Virus record (IMG/VR): IMGVR_UViG_3300020148_000032
Origin: a virus
Lineage: Duplodnaviria; Caudoviricetes
Strand: one strand, 5' to 3'
DNA: 64,000 nt
Shown: piece after piece, positions 54,238-62,987 of the stretch
Position numbering within the stretch: position 1 is the stretch's first letter
Layout of the letters: every line of letters starts with the position of its first letter
Notes under the pieces: generated by a model
What the model was told of the DNA's origin: nothing
Database searches by the model: none
What the model saw: the letters and a program-made list of their open reading frames with translations, nothing else
Translations under genes and position numbers: made by a program

Positions 54238-54727
54238 AATAATCTTTATTCATATTGTTATTAACAATTGAGGATTCTACCCTGCTTGTTGTAATTTCAA
54301 GATCTGGATTATCGACTCCTATAAAAAGAGCTGAATCAGTAGGTTCGAGACGCACAATTCTCAATGAATTATACTTTTCAATTTTTCCGTCTTTTTTATG
54401 AACTGTAAGATTCCATACGTCATCTCCGTATTCAGTTTCAGCAACATATTGAAGAACATAAGTTGATCCACTCTTTGTAGAGAATGCTAGTCGATCACCT
54501 GGGCGAGCTGACCTATATTTAGCAGCATTAATAACTGGGAGCCTACTATAGAGAACATCCATTCTGTTCTCTCCATCCTGAATGGCTTCTTGAACATTAT
54601 CGAAATGTGTAGGAGCATCTGGGTCCATTCGAGAATATGGACATTGTCCATGTTCAGCTTTACAAATACCTACTTCTCCAGTATTGGGATTAACATGAAA
54701 TACTTTATCCATTATCTGTTCATCCAA
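54197..54727 (-). CDS. HCCH-leader protein 14, small beta-rich cargo
   Basis: FHVNPNTGEVGICKAEHGQCPYS...THFDNVQEA; FSTKSGSTY. Confidence 0.78.
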   Translation of the reverse strand: MDEQIMDKVFHVNPNTGEVGICKAEHGQCPYSRMDPDAPTHFDNVQEAIQDGENRMDVLYSRLPVINAAKYRSARPGDRLAFSTKSGSTYVLQYVAETEYGDDVWNLTVHKKDGKIEKYNSLRIVRLEPTDSALFIGVDNPDLEITTSRVESSIVNNNMNKDYFDKYDQSMAGYQA

Positions 54728-55407
54728 TCATCCGCATCTTCATATTCATATGGATCCTCATCATCCCAATAATCTTCCTCTTCCTCTTCATAATAATCAC
54801 CAGTAGGAATTGAAAGATTACCAATGAGAATATCCCCATCTTCAGTTCGAGTAAGTCGAGTATTCTCGCTAAAAGTAACAAAAGATCCTAAATCGTCAAT
54901 ATCTGTTTCTTTAAGCCCTTGGGCTTTCAATAATTCTACATCAACTACACCAATCATTCCTGAGTCAACTCCATAAACTCGACCTTTTTGATCAGTATAT
55001 TCACCATCACCATATTGTGTACTTAAACCTATGACAAGATGATTATCAATAGTTCCAGCAGCAATGACTTCTCTTTCTTTATAAGTAGCATTAACCCACC
55101 TTTGCCATACAGTACCCACATCTTTTACCGCATAACATGGGTCACCTACAAAGTAACGACCTGCTGGAATGTTAATGGCTGTACCGGCTGATGAGTACAT
55201 TGATTTGTCAACTTCTTTTACTTCAGCAGTATTTGGATCATATTTTTTCACTTTATTGAAAGAAGGTTGTTGTCTTTTCTCGAATGATGCGCGAGCTTCT
55301 TCTTTAGATTCAAAATGATTCTCGGCTCCACCATGAGGGCAAGGTTTCTTGTTAGCTCTACAGATACCTGGATTCCCAGTTTCCGGGTTAATGTGATAAA
55401 CAGTCAT
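54712..55407 (-). CDS. HCCH-leader protein 15: GDPCY-family (DUF4241-like) cargo
   Basis: YHINPETGNPGICRANKKPCPHG..NHFESKEEAR; YFVGDPCY, TQYGDGEY, VDSGMIG; acidic tail. Confidence 0.75.
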   Translation of the reverse strand: MTVYHINPETGNPGICRANKKPCPHGGAENHFESKEEARASFEKRQQPSFNKVKKYDPNTAEVKEVDKSMYSSAGTAINIPAGRYFVGDPCYAVKDVGTVWQRWVNATYKEREVIAAGTIDNHLVIGLSTQYGDGEYTDQKGRVYGVDSGMIGVVDVELLKAQGLKETDIDDLGSFVTFSENTRLTRTEDGDILIGNLSIPTGDYYEEEEEDYWDDEDPYEYEDADDWMNR

Positions 55408-55442
55408 AGAAATAATCCTTAGTTATGTTGTTTTCACTTTTT

Positions 55443-56306
55443 CTAACGATTTTTAGAAAGTTTACGTTCAGATTCGAGAACTAATTCTTCTAACTGTTTA
55501 ACAGCCCCATGGTTAAAATCTTTAGGATTTAATTGATAAAGGTTATCAAAACCCTCAAGTCTTTTTATTAAGAACTCGTGGTAGAAGTTTTCATAATCTT
55601 TTTTGCGAATAAATGGGTAATGAGTGCTATAAATAGCAAGAACGATTGATTGAATGATTGCAAAAAACGCACCTTCCGCCTCATCAGATATTTCATAGAT
55701 ATCATCAGTGTCAAACTCATCATTAATTCTTGCAAGTGGGTTCTGAACAAGTCCAGTCTGAACTAAATTTGTATGGTGTGCAATATATAATTCCATTACT
55801 AGCTTTTGAAGTACATATTTTTGTAAGGGAAGCATGCGCTTTGATTTAAGAGTAAGGTTAAATTTTCTTGTTTCTCCATAAGAGTAAAAAGAACGCATAG
55901 AATATGGAGCTATTTGCTGAAAGCCTCCTAAAACAAGTGCGACAGAATTATCCCTCTCATCGTACATTTCTCCAATTTCTCTATCAACATCTTTACAAGT
56001 TTGAAGGAATTCTGGGGTCATTTCACCTTCAAGTTCTACATTAATGTTCTTTAAGTCAAGACTTTCAACAAAGACTGGAGCTTTTCCATCCTTCTCTCTA
56101 AAATAACCATTCTTTTGAGGAGCAAAATCTGCAAGTAACTCTAAGGTTTCAGGAGTATTTAATTCTGCTGACCATTGTTCAAAGTTATTTAAGTTAGACT
56201 TCTTTATTTTTGGATACTTAAAATATTGGTATGCGCTAAAGAACCCTAACACAATAATTCCCAAAGCAGTTATATATGAGAGAAGTAAACCCAATCCATC
56301 GTCCAT
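55443..56306 (-). CDS. Hypothetical protein with N-terminal membrane anchor
   Basis: Single hydrophobic helix at residues ~5-27. Confidence 0.65.
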   Translation of the reverse strand: MDDGLGLLLSYITALGIIVLGFFSAYQYFKYPKIKKSNLNNFEQWSAELNTPETLELLADFAPQKNGYFREKDGKAPVFVESLDLKNINVELEGEMTPEFLQTCKDVDREIGEMYDERDNSVALVLGGFQQIAPYSMRSFYSYGETRKFNLTLKSKRMLPLQKYVLQKLVMELYIAHHTNLVQTGLVQNPLARINDEFDTDDIYEISDEAEGAFFAIIQSIVLAIYSTHYPFIRKKDYENFYHEFLIKRLEGFDNLYQLNPKDFNHGAVKQLEELVLESERKLSKNR

Positions 56307-57674
56307 TTATGACAAACCTTTTCCTAGTAAGAGAGACTTAATTGAATCAGTAAAGGTACTTGATACCCGATTCTTCCTTTCATCTATTCCAATGAGATTA
56401 ATTACCATTTGAGAAGGAAGACCTTCAAAAGATTCAAGATCATCTAAAGCTTTCTCCCATTGACTTTTATTTGGGCAAAATTGTGTATCTTCAACTAAAA
56501 AACTCGACAAGATTTTAACAAAACTTTTTGCTTTATTCTTCTCTAGAATACTAATAATAAAATCATTTACATTGTCTTCTGATTTAGCACAAATCCAAGA
56601 ACCTGGTTTTAAAACAGCTGAAATTAAAGAAAGTATTTCTTTAGAATTAAGATCATTCTCATTATCTTCTAACCATTGAAGAATAATTTTTAATTTGTCA
56701 ATTTCTTTTACCATTATTGATGTAGAAGGAAGATTCCCAATAAGAGAAAAAACAAGTGGAATAAAATACTCGTTCTTCTCAAAAGCATTTTCCTTTATTA
56801 CTGATTTAAGAATCATTTTTACATAGCTGTTCATAATGACATTGTAATTATCCGTTTTTGATAAAGAATTATTCACAGTATAGAAAGTTTTAACAGATCT
56901 TTTTGAAGAACGAATATTATGGAGAGTATTGTCAGAAAGAAGAGCTCTTAACTCTTTCTGATTTAATGAAAAAAAGAATTCTTCAATTTTGTTATTATAA
57001 GCAAGATTAAGAAAAATAGTTTTGGTATTGTCTTCAAATCGGGTTAATAGGTTTGGAGTATGAGGGTATGCTTTAAGGAGAGAGAAATCAGAATAGAATT
57101 TTTCTAAATCTCCGTCATCTCTTAATTTATTAAAAAAATCTCCATATTTTTCTATGCCTTTAGAATCATGTAAATATTCATTCATTGCATATAAAGTATA
57201 AAGGAACCAATAATCAAGATCTTTCGAAGATTCTGGGGTAAGAGTAAAACGAACATCAAGAATATAAGAAATATTATATGTAGGAGAGTTCTTAGTCGCT
57301 ATTGCAGCATTAATTTTACTTCCAATAAATTGATCATTCATCAAACTTTTGACACTATTAACATACTCGTCTAAAGTGAAAGAATTAGGTAGCCCTTTAT
57401 AATACTGATGAATATTATTATAAAGATTAGTCTCGCTCTCATAAGTGATCGCTTTATCGTGAAGATAAGTGTTTAGGGTATCGTCTATGTTATAGAGATT
57501 TCGATTTTTATATGAAATAACCGTACCTCCCCAAGAAGAAACGGGAGGAGAAATATTTTTCGGAATAAGACTAAGATCTGGATGCTTCTCTAAAACACCT
57601 TTAGGGAATTGATCTGGAATCAAACGTCGCATATAATGCGGATCGTTGGCATTAAACATTCTTACTCCTACCAC
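56307..57674 (-). CDS. Hypothetical helical protein
   Basis: 455-aa ORF. Confidence 0.65.
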   Translation of the reverse strand: MVGVRMFNANDPHYMRRLIPDQFPKGVLEKHPDLSLIPKNISPPVSSWGGTVISYKNRNLYNIDDTLNTYLHDKAITYESETNLYNNIHQYYKGLPNSFTLDEYVNSVKSLMNDQFIGSKINAAIATKNSPTYNISYILDVRFTLTPESSKDLDYWFLYTLYAMNEYLHDSKGIEKYGDFFNKLRDDGDLEKFYSDFSLLKAYPHTPNLLTRFEDNTKTIFLNLAYNNKIEEFFFSLNQKELRALLSDNTLHNIRSSKRSVKTFYTVNNSLSKTDNYNVIMNSYVKMILKSVIKENAFEKNEYFIPLVFSLIGNLPSTSIMVKEIDKLKIILQWLEDNENDLNSKEILSLISAVLKPGSWICAKSEDNVNDFIISILEKNKAKSFVKILSSFLVEDTQFCPNKSQWEKALDDLESFEGLPSQMVINLIGIDERKNRVSSTFTDSIKSLLLGKGLS

Positions 57675-57709
57675 TTTGATAGGATTTTATCAAACTCTTA
57701 TATTGATTG

Positions 57710-59116
57710 TCAACCCTCTAGAATACGAACTCTAGTAATAATAGTTTGGTCAACACCATTATATTCTCCATGGTATTTTACTGAACCAGAACTAACTGTA
57801 ATCTCGTCACCTGGCTTATAATCAAGTTCTTTATTTGCCCACCACACTATCTGGTGACCTTCCTCATCTTTCATGATCATTTGTGAAGCATTATGATCAT
57901 TGTCATAATAACCATAACCTGCTTGTAGTCGAACTTTATTTTCCATTACAGTAAACTTTGTACCTTTTGGAATTTTTTCTTTAGGAGTTAAATAATGACC
58001 GTGAGTGAATGTCTCACCTTTTTTCTTGCGAGCCTCAGCAGCAGCAAGTTTCATTTCCTCACGATATGGACCAACAACGGCGCTGGCAAGAAGTCCAGTG
58101 TGCTTTGGAGAGAACCAATCACTTTTTGAAAGAGCCTGTAGGTTGGCTCCATAGTCTGATTGAGAATCAAGTGTATTAATGTATTCTTTAACTTTATCAA
58201 TCTCTCCGTTATTAGAATATTCTTGAGCTTTTGCGAACATTTCTTCACGCCAAGCTTGATCAACATTCCTACCACCGTAAAGAACATCCGCCACTAATTG
58301 TTTAGTAGGGACACCATCCCATGCAGAGGCAGACACATAAGCTTTACCCCCATTAGTAACAGCAAGTGATATTGCGAGAACGTCTTTTACTGGAAGGTGA
58401 TATGAATGGGCAGAGTCTTTAGAGAAAATGAGAGGATCACTATCATCTGTTTCTTTAGGAGTTGGATCAAATGTGAGAGACCATAAACCTTCAGGTTTAA
58501 TACCTAAGTATGATTGAACACAAGATGAACCAATCTGATGTAGTTTTCCATCGGGACCCTTAATAATGTAAGTTTTAGACCTTGGGCGAGAAATTCCACA
58601 ATGTTCACATTTAAGACTGTCAGGGCGCCAACCTTTAAGGTCAGTATTTTTAGCGGTACTCATGATCATACCGCCTTCTTCTTGATTAACGACAGCTTGG
58701 AAGGTGTAACCCTCTTGACCAATAAGAGGTTTGTTGAGAGTGAGGTCGTATACTTTTTTAGAAACTGGGAATAGCATTCCTTCTAATTGTGAGGTGACCA
58801 TTCGTTCAGAAACTTCATATTCGAAGCGTTCGCTGATACCAGCTTTTTCAAGTCGACGGTTAGCCTTCTCAATATTCTTTATTGCTTGAAAATAGCGAGA
58901 TTCGCTGTATGTGTATGTGTATTTTTCTTCAGGGTCTTCCTCTTGCTCTTCATCCCTAAGATATTCAGTGGGAAGGTTCTTATCTTTCATTGACTCTTCG
59001 TACATTTTCAATGTTTCATCGAAAGTGTCACCGTGTCCTTCTTCCCCATATCTGCAATGGCCGACTTCAGCACGGCAAATTCTTACTTCACCTTTAGGAT
59101 TAACGTGGTATCTCAT
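57710..59116 (-). CDS. HCCH-leader protein 16: Zn-ribbon + C-terminal OB-fold-like cargo
   Basis: YHVNPKGEVRICRAEVGHCRYGEEGH; CEHCGISRPR...QIGSSC; MKDEEGHQIVWW...VKYHGEYNGVDQTIITR. Confidence 0.7.
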   Translation of the reverse strand: MRYHVNPKGEVRICRAEVGHCRYGEEGHGDTFDETLKMYEESMKDKNLPTEYLRDEEQEEDPEEKYTYTYSESRYFQAIKNIEKANRRLEKAGISERFEYEVSERMVTSQLEGMLFPVSKKVYDLTLNKPLIGQEGYTFQAVVNQEEGGMIMSTAKNTDLKGWRPDSLKCEHCGISRPRSKTYIIKGPDGKLHQIGSSCVQSYLGIKPEGLWSLTFDPTPKETDDSDPLIFSKDSAHSYHLPVKDVLAISLAVTNGGKAYVSASAWDGVPTKQLVADVLYGGRNVDQAWREEMFAKAQEYSNNGEIDKVKEYINTLDSQSDYGANLQALSKSDWFSPKHTGLLASAVVGPYREEMKLAAAEARKKKGETFTHGHYLTPKEKIPKGTKFTVMENKVRLQAGYGYYDNDHNASQMIMKDEEGHQIVWWANKELDYKPGDEITVSSGSVKYHGEYNGVDQTIITRVRILEG

Positions 59117-59165
59117 TATTTCACCTTCTTTTAAAGAACCAATATACAGTTTTTTCTAAAACACT

Positions 59166-60047
59166 TTAGTGGAACAAAAGGTAATTTGTAGCATCTATCC
59201 CGGCTTTAGCTCCATCGCCAGCAGCTATAATAACTTGTCGATATTCTGGGTTCTTAACGTCGCCCGCTACAAAGAACCCATCCACAACAGGAGCGTCTAT
59301 AAACCCGTCAGACTGCAGCCTAGCGATAGTCTCCGCGACCTTAGAATTAGGTGTTTGACCAACAGCTATAAAACAACCATTAACGGTAAATTCTTCCCCA
59401 TTGTTTGTTAAGACTGATTCAAGATTACCATCTAAACCCTTAAATTCTTTGACTTCAGTATTAAAATGAACAATAATGTTCTCTTTAGAATTCACTTTTT
59501 CGACTGCAGCACGAGAGGCTCTCCATTCTTCTTTCCGAATGAAAACGTGTACTTTGCTTGCGAGTTGACTAAGGTAAAGAGCCTCCTCAGCGGCAGTCTC
59601 ACCACCACCAACAAGAATCACTTCCTCATCTTGGAAGAACATTCCATCACAAGTCGCACAGTATGATACTCCAGAAAGCTCTTCACCTGGTTTGTTTAGT
59701 TTTTTAGGAGTGCTACCAGTTGCATAAATAACTGCTTTAGCAAGATGTTGTTTTTTCTCGCCCTCCATAGTAATAGTAAAGAAACCAGATTGTTCTTTCA
59801 CTATTTCTTTTACATCACCACGGTAGAATTCACCGCCCAATTCTTTTACATGTTCAGTAAACTTATTAGCCATCTCAATACCTTCAGTACCAAGTAGACC
59901 TAAATAATTGTCGATGACTTCAGTAGTTGTTACTAAACCACCTGGCATTGAACCTTCGATAATAAGAGTGGAAAGGTTTGCTCGTAAAGTGTAAACGGCG
60001 GCGCTTAAACCAGCTGGTCCACTACCAATAATAATAATGTCGTACAT
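59166..60047 (-). CDS. trxB: Thioredoxin reductase
   Basis: IIGSGPAGLSAA, GVSYCATCDG, VGGGETAAEEA, FVAGDV, QVIIAAGDG. Confidence 0.93.
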   Translation of the reverse strand: MYDIIIIGSGPAGLSAAVYTLRANLSTLIIEGSMPGGLVTTTEVIDNYLGLLGTEGIEMANKFTEHVKELGGEFYRGDVKEIVKEQSGFFTITMEGEKKQHLAKAVIYATGSTPKKLNKPGEELSGVSYCATCDGMFFQDEEVILVGGGETAAEEALYLSQLASKVHVFIRKEEWRASRAAVEKVNSKENIIVHFNTEVKEFKGLDGNLESVLTNNGEEFTVNGCFIAVGQTPNSKVAETIARLQSDGFIDAPVVDGFFVAGDVKNPEYRQVIIAAGDGAKAGIDATNYLLFH

Positions 60048-60089
60048 GTAAAAATCCTCTAAATAAAGTGTTCTTATCTTACCAATTAA

Positions 60090-60875
60090 TTATTTTAATG
60101 ACTTGAAAACAAATGCGCGGTCATTAAGGAAATTAAATAATTCTTCATCTCTCAAATCTTTTTTAATCACTTGAAAATTAATTTCTTTAAGAGAATTAAA
60201 GAATAGATCTCTTTCTTCGGGAGAGAATCTCACATCAAAATCTAAACCTTGATCTATTGCTCTGTTCCCAAGAATGAGTGTTCTATAACATGACTTGATT
60301 GACTTTAATTCCCTTTTATTAGTTAATTCTTTATCTTTCATTCTTCGAAGTGTAGAAAGGGTGAACGAAATTGCTTTATCATGATACTCATAAGGAGAAT
60401 ATCGAAAATTCTGCAAGAAGTCTTGATACTTAGTGTCAGAATATTGTAGAGTGTGAGAATAAAGTAGGTCGATTTCTGGAAGAGAAGTATCAAAAAGTCT
60501 TCTTACATAATGAAATACTGGATACACTCTTAAATCATATTCATCATTGATGTACTGCTTATCATTAGACTTCCCTTCAATAATGATAGATAAGTCAATG
60601 TCGCTTGTTGGAAGAGATAAACCATACATGTGACTTCCAGAATAACCATAAGATTGAACGTCTCTTACTGACGGGTGTTCTCTAATAGCTTTAGCAAAAA
60701 TTTCTGGAAGGTTTTCTTTTTTAGTAATAGATTCAATAGCCATTGTTTGCATGACTTTTTCGTATGTCTCTCTTGCTTTTTCTGGAGTATCTTCGTGTAT
60801 GAAACTATATTTGCAAGCTCTAGTTGTTGCCTGACATGGTTTAACTTCACCATTTTTAGTAACGTGATACTTCAT
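60090..60875 (-). CDS. HCCH-leader protein 17: Pol-beta superfamily nucleotidyltransferase cargo
   Basis: YHVTKNGEVKPCQATTRACKYSFIH; GSHMYGLSLPTSDIDL...YDLRVY (GS..DxD..D). Confidence 0.8.
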   Translation of the reverse strand: MKYHVTKNGEVKPCQATTRACKYSFIHEDTPEKARETYEKVMQTMAIESITKKENLPEIFAKAIREHPSVRDVQSYGYSGSHMYGLSLPTSDIDLSIIIEGKSNDKQYINDEYDLRVYPVFHYVRRLFDTSLPEIDLLYSHTLQYSDTKYQDFLQNFRYSPYEYHDKAISFTLSTLRRMKDKELTNKRELKSIKSCYRTLILGNRAIDQGLDFDVRFSPEERDLFFNSLKEINFQVIKKDLRDEELFNFLNDRAFVFKSLK

Positions 60876-60911
60876 GAGTTTCCTTTTTTAACCTTCTCTA
60901 AAAAGAATTAG

Positions 60912-60963
60912 ACGCGAGGCCCCTTGGAGGATAGCGATAAGGAAGAACGTTGGGGCCCCGCGT
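60912..60963 (-). ncRNA. Candidate small RNA or leader hairpin: 12-bp GC-rich stem with a CU-rich loop
   Basis: ACGCGGGGCCCC-28 nt-GGGGCCTCGCGT; TATAAT 8 nt upstream (60977-60972). Confidence 0.4.
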
Positions 60964-61037
60964 ATAAAAATATTATAACTAAAATTTTATTAGCTTTTGT
61001 CAAAAGTGATAAATATTGCTTCTTTCAAAGAAGTGTC

Positions 61038-61235
61038 TTATTTTGAGAATTCTTCAACAAACTCCCAAAAAGGTTTATCCCTATAAACAGTAAATCCTGC
61101 TCCTTCGACGGTAATCATTTTTTCAGCCATAGCATTAATGTCATAATCCTTTACTGACAAGTGAGCCTTATTAAGAGGAATAACAATCTCTTCCTCAATA
61201 GCGTCTTCAAAACTAGAATAAGTCTTCTTAATCAT
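61038..61235 (-). CDS. Small hypothetical protein
   Basis: 65-aa ORF, GAAGGTG SD. Confidence 0.6.
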   Translation of the reverse strand: MIKKTYSSFEDAIEEEIVIPLNKAHLSVKDYDINAMAEKMITVEGAGFTVYRDKPFWEFVEEFSK

Positions 61236-61314
61236 GTTTACACCTTCCTAAGAACAGTATTTAATTATAAACCCATCATTGGGTTAGTATTATCTTATCT
61301 AAAAAGTAAGAGTT

Positions 61315-61587
61315 TTATACAGTAATAAGAGCGCGAGCTGAAACAAGTAATTTATTATCAAGGGTAGATGAATACTTTTTAATTTCTTCAAAAGCTTTCA
61401 CAAAATTCATCATTTGTACAGTTTTACAATCTTCTGGCGACTCGCAAAGGGTCCACATTTCTTTTTTAAAGTCTTCATATAATTTCGGGTCAGAGCTATC
61501 AAGCAAAACTGACTGAAACTTATTCAGGCCCTCCTGGAGAGATTTATTCGTCAGATTTTCCCAATCAGTTTTATTAATCGCCTGCAT
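61315..61587 (-). CDS. Hypothetical protein
   Basis: 90-aa ORF, AAGGAG SD. Confidence 0.65.
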   Translation of the reverse strand: MQAINKTDWENLTNKSLQEGLNKFQSVLLDSSDPKLYEDFKKEMWTLCESPEDCKTVQMMNFVKAFEEIKKYSSTLDNKLLVSARALITV

Positions 61588-62860
61588 TTTTCGCTCCTTC
61601 TTTTATTGTTTTTGTTAAATCAAACCCCATGTTAAGAGGTAATCCTCGCAAGTTTTCTTGCGTAAGTTTGTTAATTGTTTCTCTCCAATTTATTGAATCC
61701 TTTATATTATTGCCATACACACTATTATAGAAAGCATTCTCTTTAAAGAACCTTCCAAATTCTATTGATTGTTCGACTTCAAAATCTACATTAATACAAT
61801 AGTGCATAAAAGCGATTTTTGACATAACAGTAAAATGCACTTTTTCACTAATTAAAGTAAAAGCTTTTTCTGCTTTGTCCCCATAAATAAAGGTTATCTT
61901 TTTATGAAGAGCGTTATATCCAATTTGGTCAAAATAACTATACATATCTTTAGTCTCTTTGCTCAACAAGAAATCTATAGTTTCTGTTCTTTGCTCCTCA
62001 AGCTTTTTAAAGAACTCTGGTTTCAAAAAGTCAGAGTATTCTTTAGTGAAAGATTTTGAAAAAAGAGCATAAAGCATATTGTCAACACCAGTCAGACCTT
62101 TATCAAAATCTTGAACTATTTTTCGTGTTTCATTTAATTGATTCAGAAGTAACTTATCAAGAGAATTATCATATTCAAAGTATTCTCTGATCTTCTTCTC
62201 TCTATAGAACTCTACAAATGCAACATGAAAAGGTCTATTGCTATTTAAAGTATATGCTAATGCAAGAGGCAAACAGTTAAAATTGTATTGTTGTTCGGCA
62301 GTATTATTCTCAGTAGCAACAACATTTCCAAAGGCTGCAGAGCCACGTAAAATATTACACGGATCAAGCGGTATAACCCAAGGAGTTAAATAATATTCAA
62401 CTCCTCGCTCTCTCACAAGAGGGTATTCAGAGGCATTCTTCATATTCGAAAGTCTACCAATAAGATCCTCAGAAGTAAGCCGCGAAAGGATCTTAATATT
62501 TGAAAGGTAGGAAATGATTCCTAAAAACTTCCTGTAATCGTCAAGCGTTGAATCGAGAATATTATCAACATGAAGAACATTTTCGCTATTACTGAAATAA
62601 ATTGATTTCTTAATTCTGATAGTGAACGGTTCTCTAGTGGCTTCTTCTATACTCGCCTTAGTAGCCTCTAGAAGTTCAAGAAAAACATTAATGTAAAGCC
62701 GGCCCTTATAACGCTTTCTAGCAATTTCAGTAAATTGAAAAATTACATCTCTATCGGGCGCGCCCTTTACTCTAAATTCGACAAGATCAGTATCATAGAC
62801 ATGATACTCATAATTCTCGGAGGTCTTCATGCGAATAATCTTTCGATCAGATCTAGACAT
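61574..62860 (-). CDS. Hypothetical protein
   Basis: 428-aa ORF, AGGAGG SD. Confidence 0.75.
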   Translation of the reverse strand: MSRSDRKIIRMKTSENYEYHVYDTDLVEFRVKGAPDRDVIFQFTEIARKRYKGRLYINVFLELLEATKASIEEATREPFTIRIKKSIYFSNSENVLHVDNILDSTLDDYRKFLGIISYLSNIKILSRLTSEDLIGRLSNMKNASEYPLVRERGVEYYLTPWVIPLDPCNILRGSAAFGNVVATENNTAEQQYNFNCLPLALAYTLNSNRPFHVAFVEFYREKKIREYFEYDNSLDKLLLNQLNETRKIVQDFDKGLTGVDNMLYALFSKSFTKEYSDFLKPEFFKKLEEQRTETIDFLLSKETKDMYSYFDQIGYNALHKKITFIYGDKAEKAFTLISEKVHFTVMSKIAFMHYCINVDFEVEQSIEFGRFFKENAFYNSVYGNNIKDSINWRETINKLTQENLRGLPLNMGFDLTKTIKEGAKNAGD

Positions 62861-62896
62861 GAATAAATACCTCCTTTAGGCAAATAAGTTATTCTC

Positions 62897-62925
62897 ATCA
62901 TAATTGATAAAGCAATAAAAGTCAA
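62897..62925 (-). promoter_or_regulatory. SigA-like promoter
   Basis: TTGACT-17 nt-TATGAT. Confidence 0.7.
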
Positions 62926-62987
62926 ACTCCATTTATGAAAGATTTAACAGTATGTTAAAAGATAATCCATTTTTAATACCACCTCTC

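Noticed and set aside
31431-60875. Leader as a DNA repeat/MITE or a Sec signal peptide
   Set aside because: Conservation is at the amino-acid level with divergent codons and variable loop lengths, and there is no hydrophobic core
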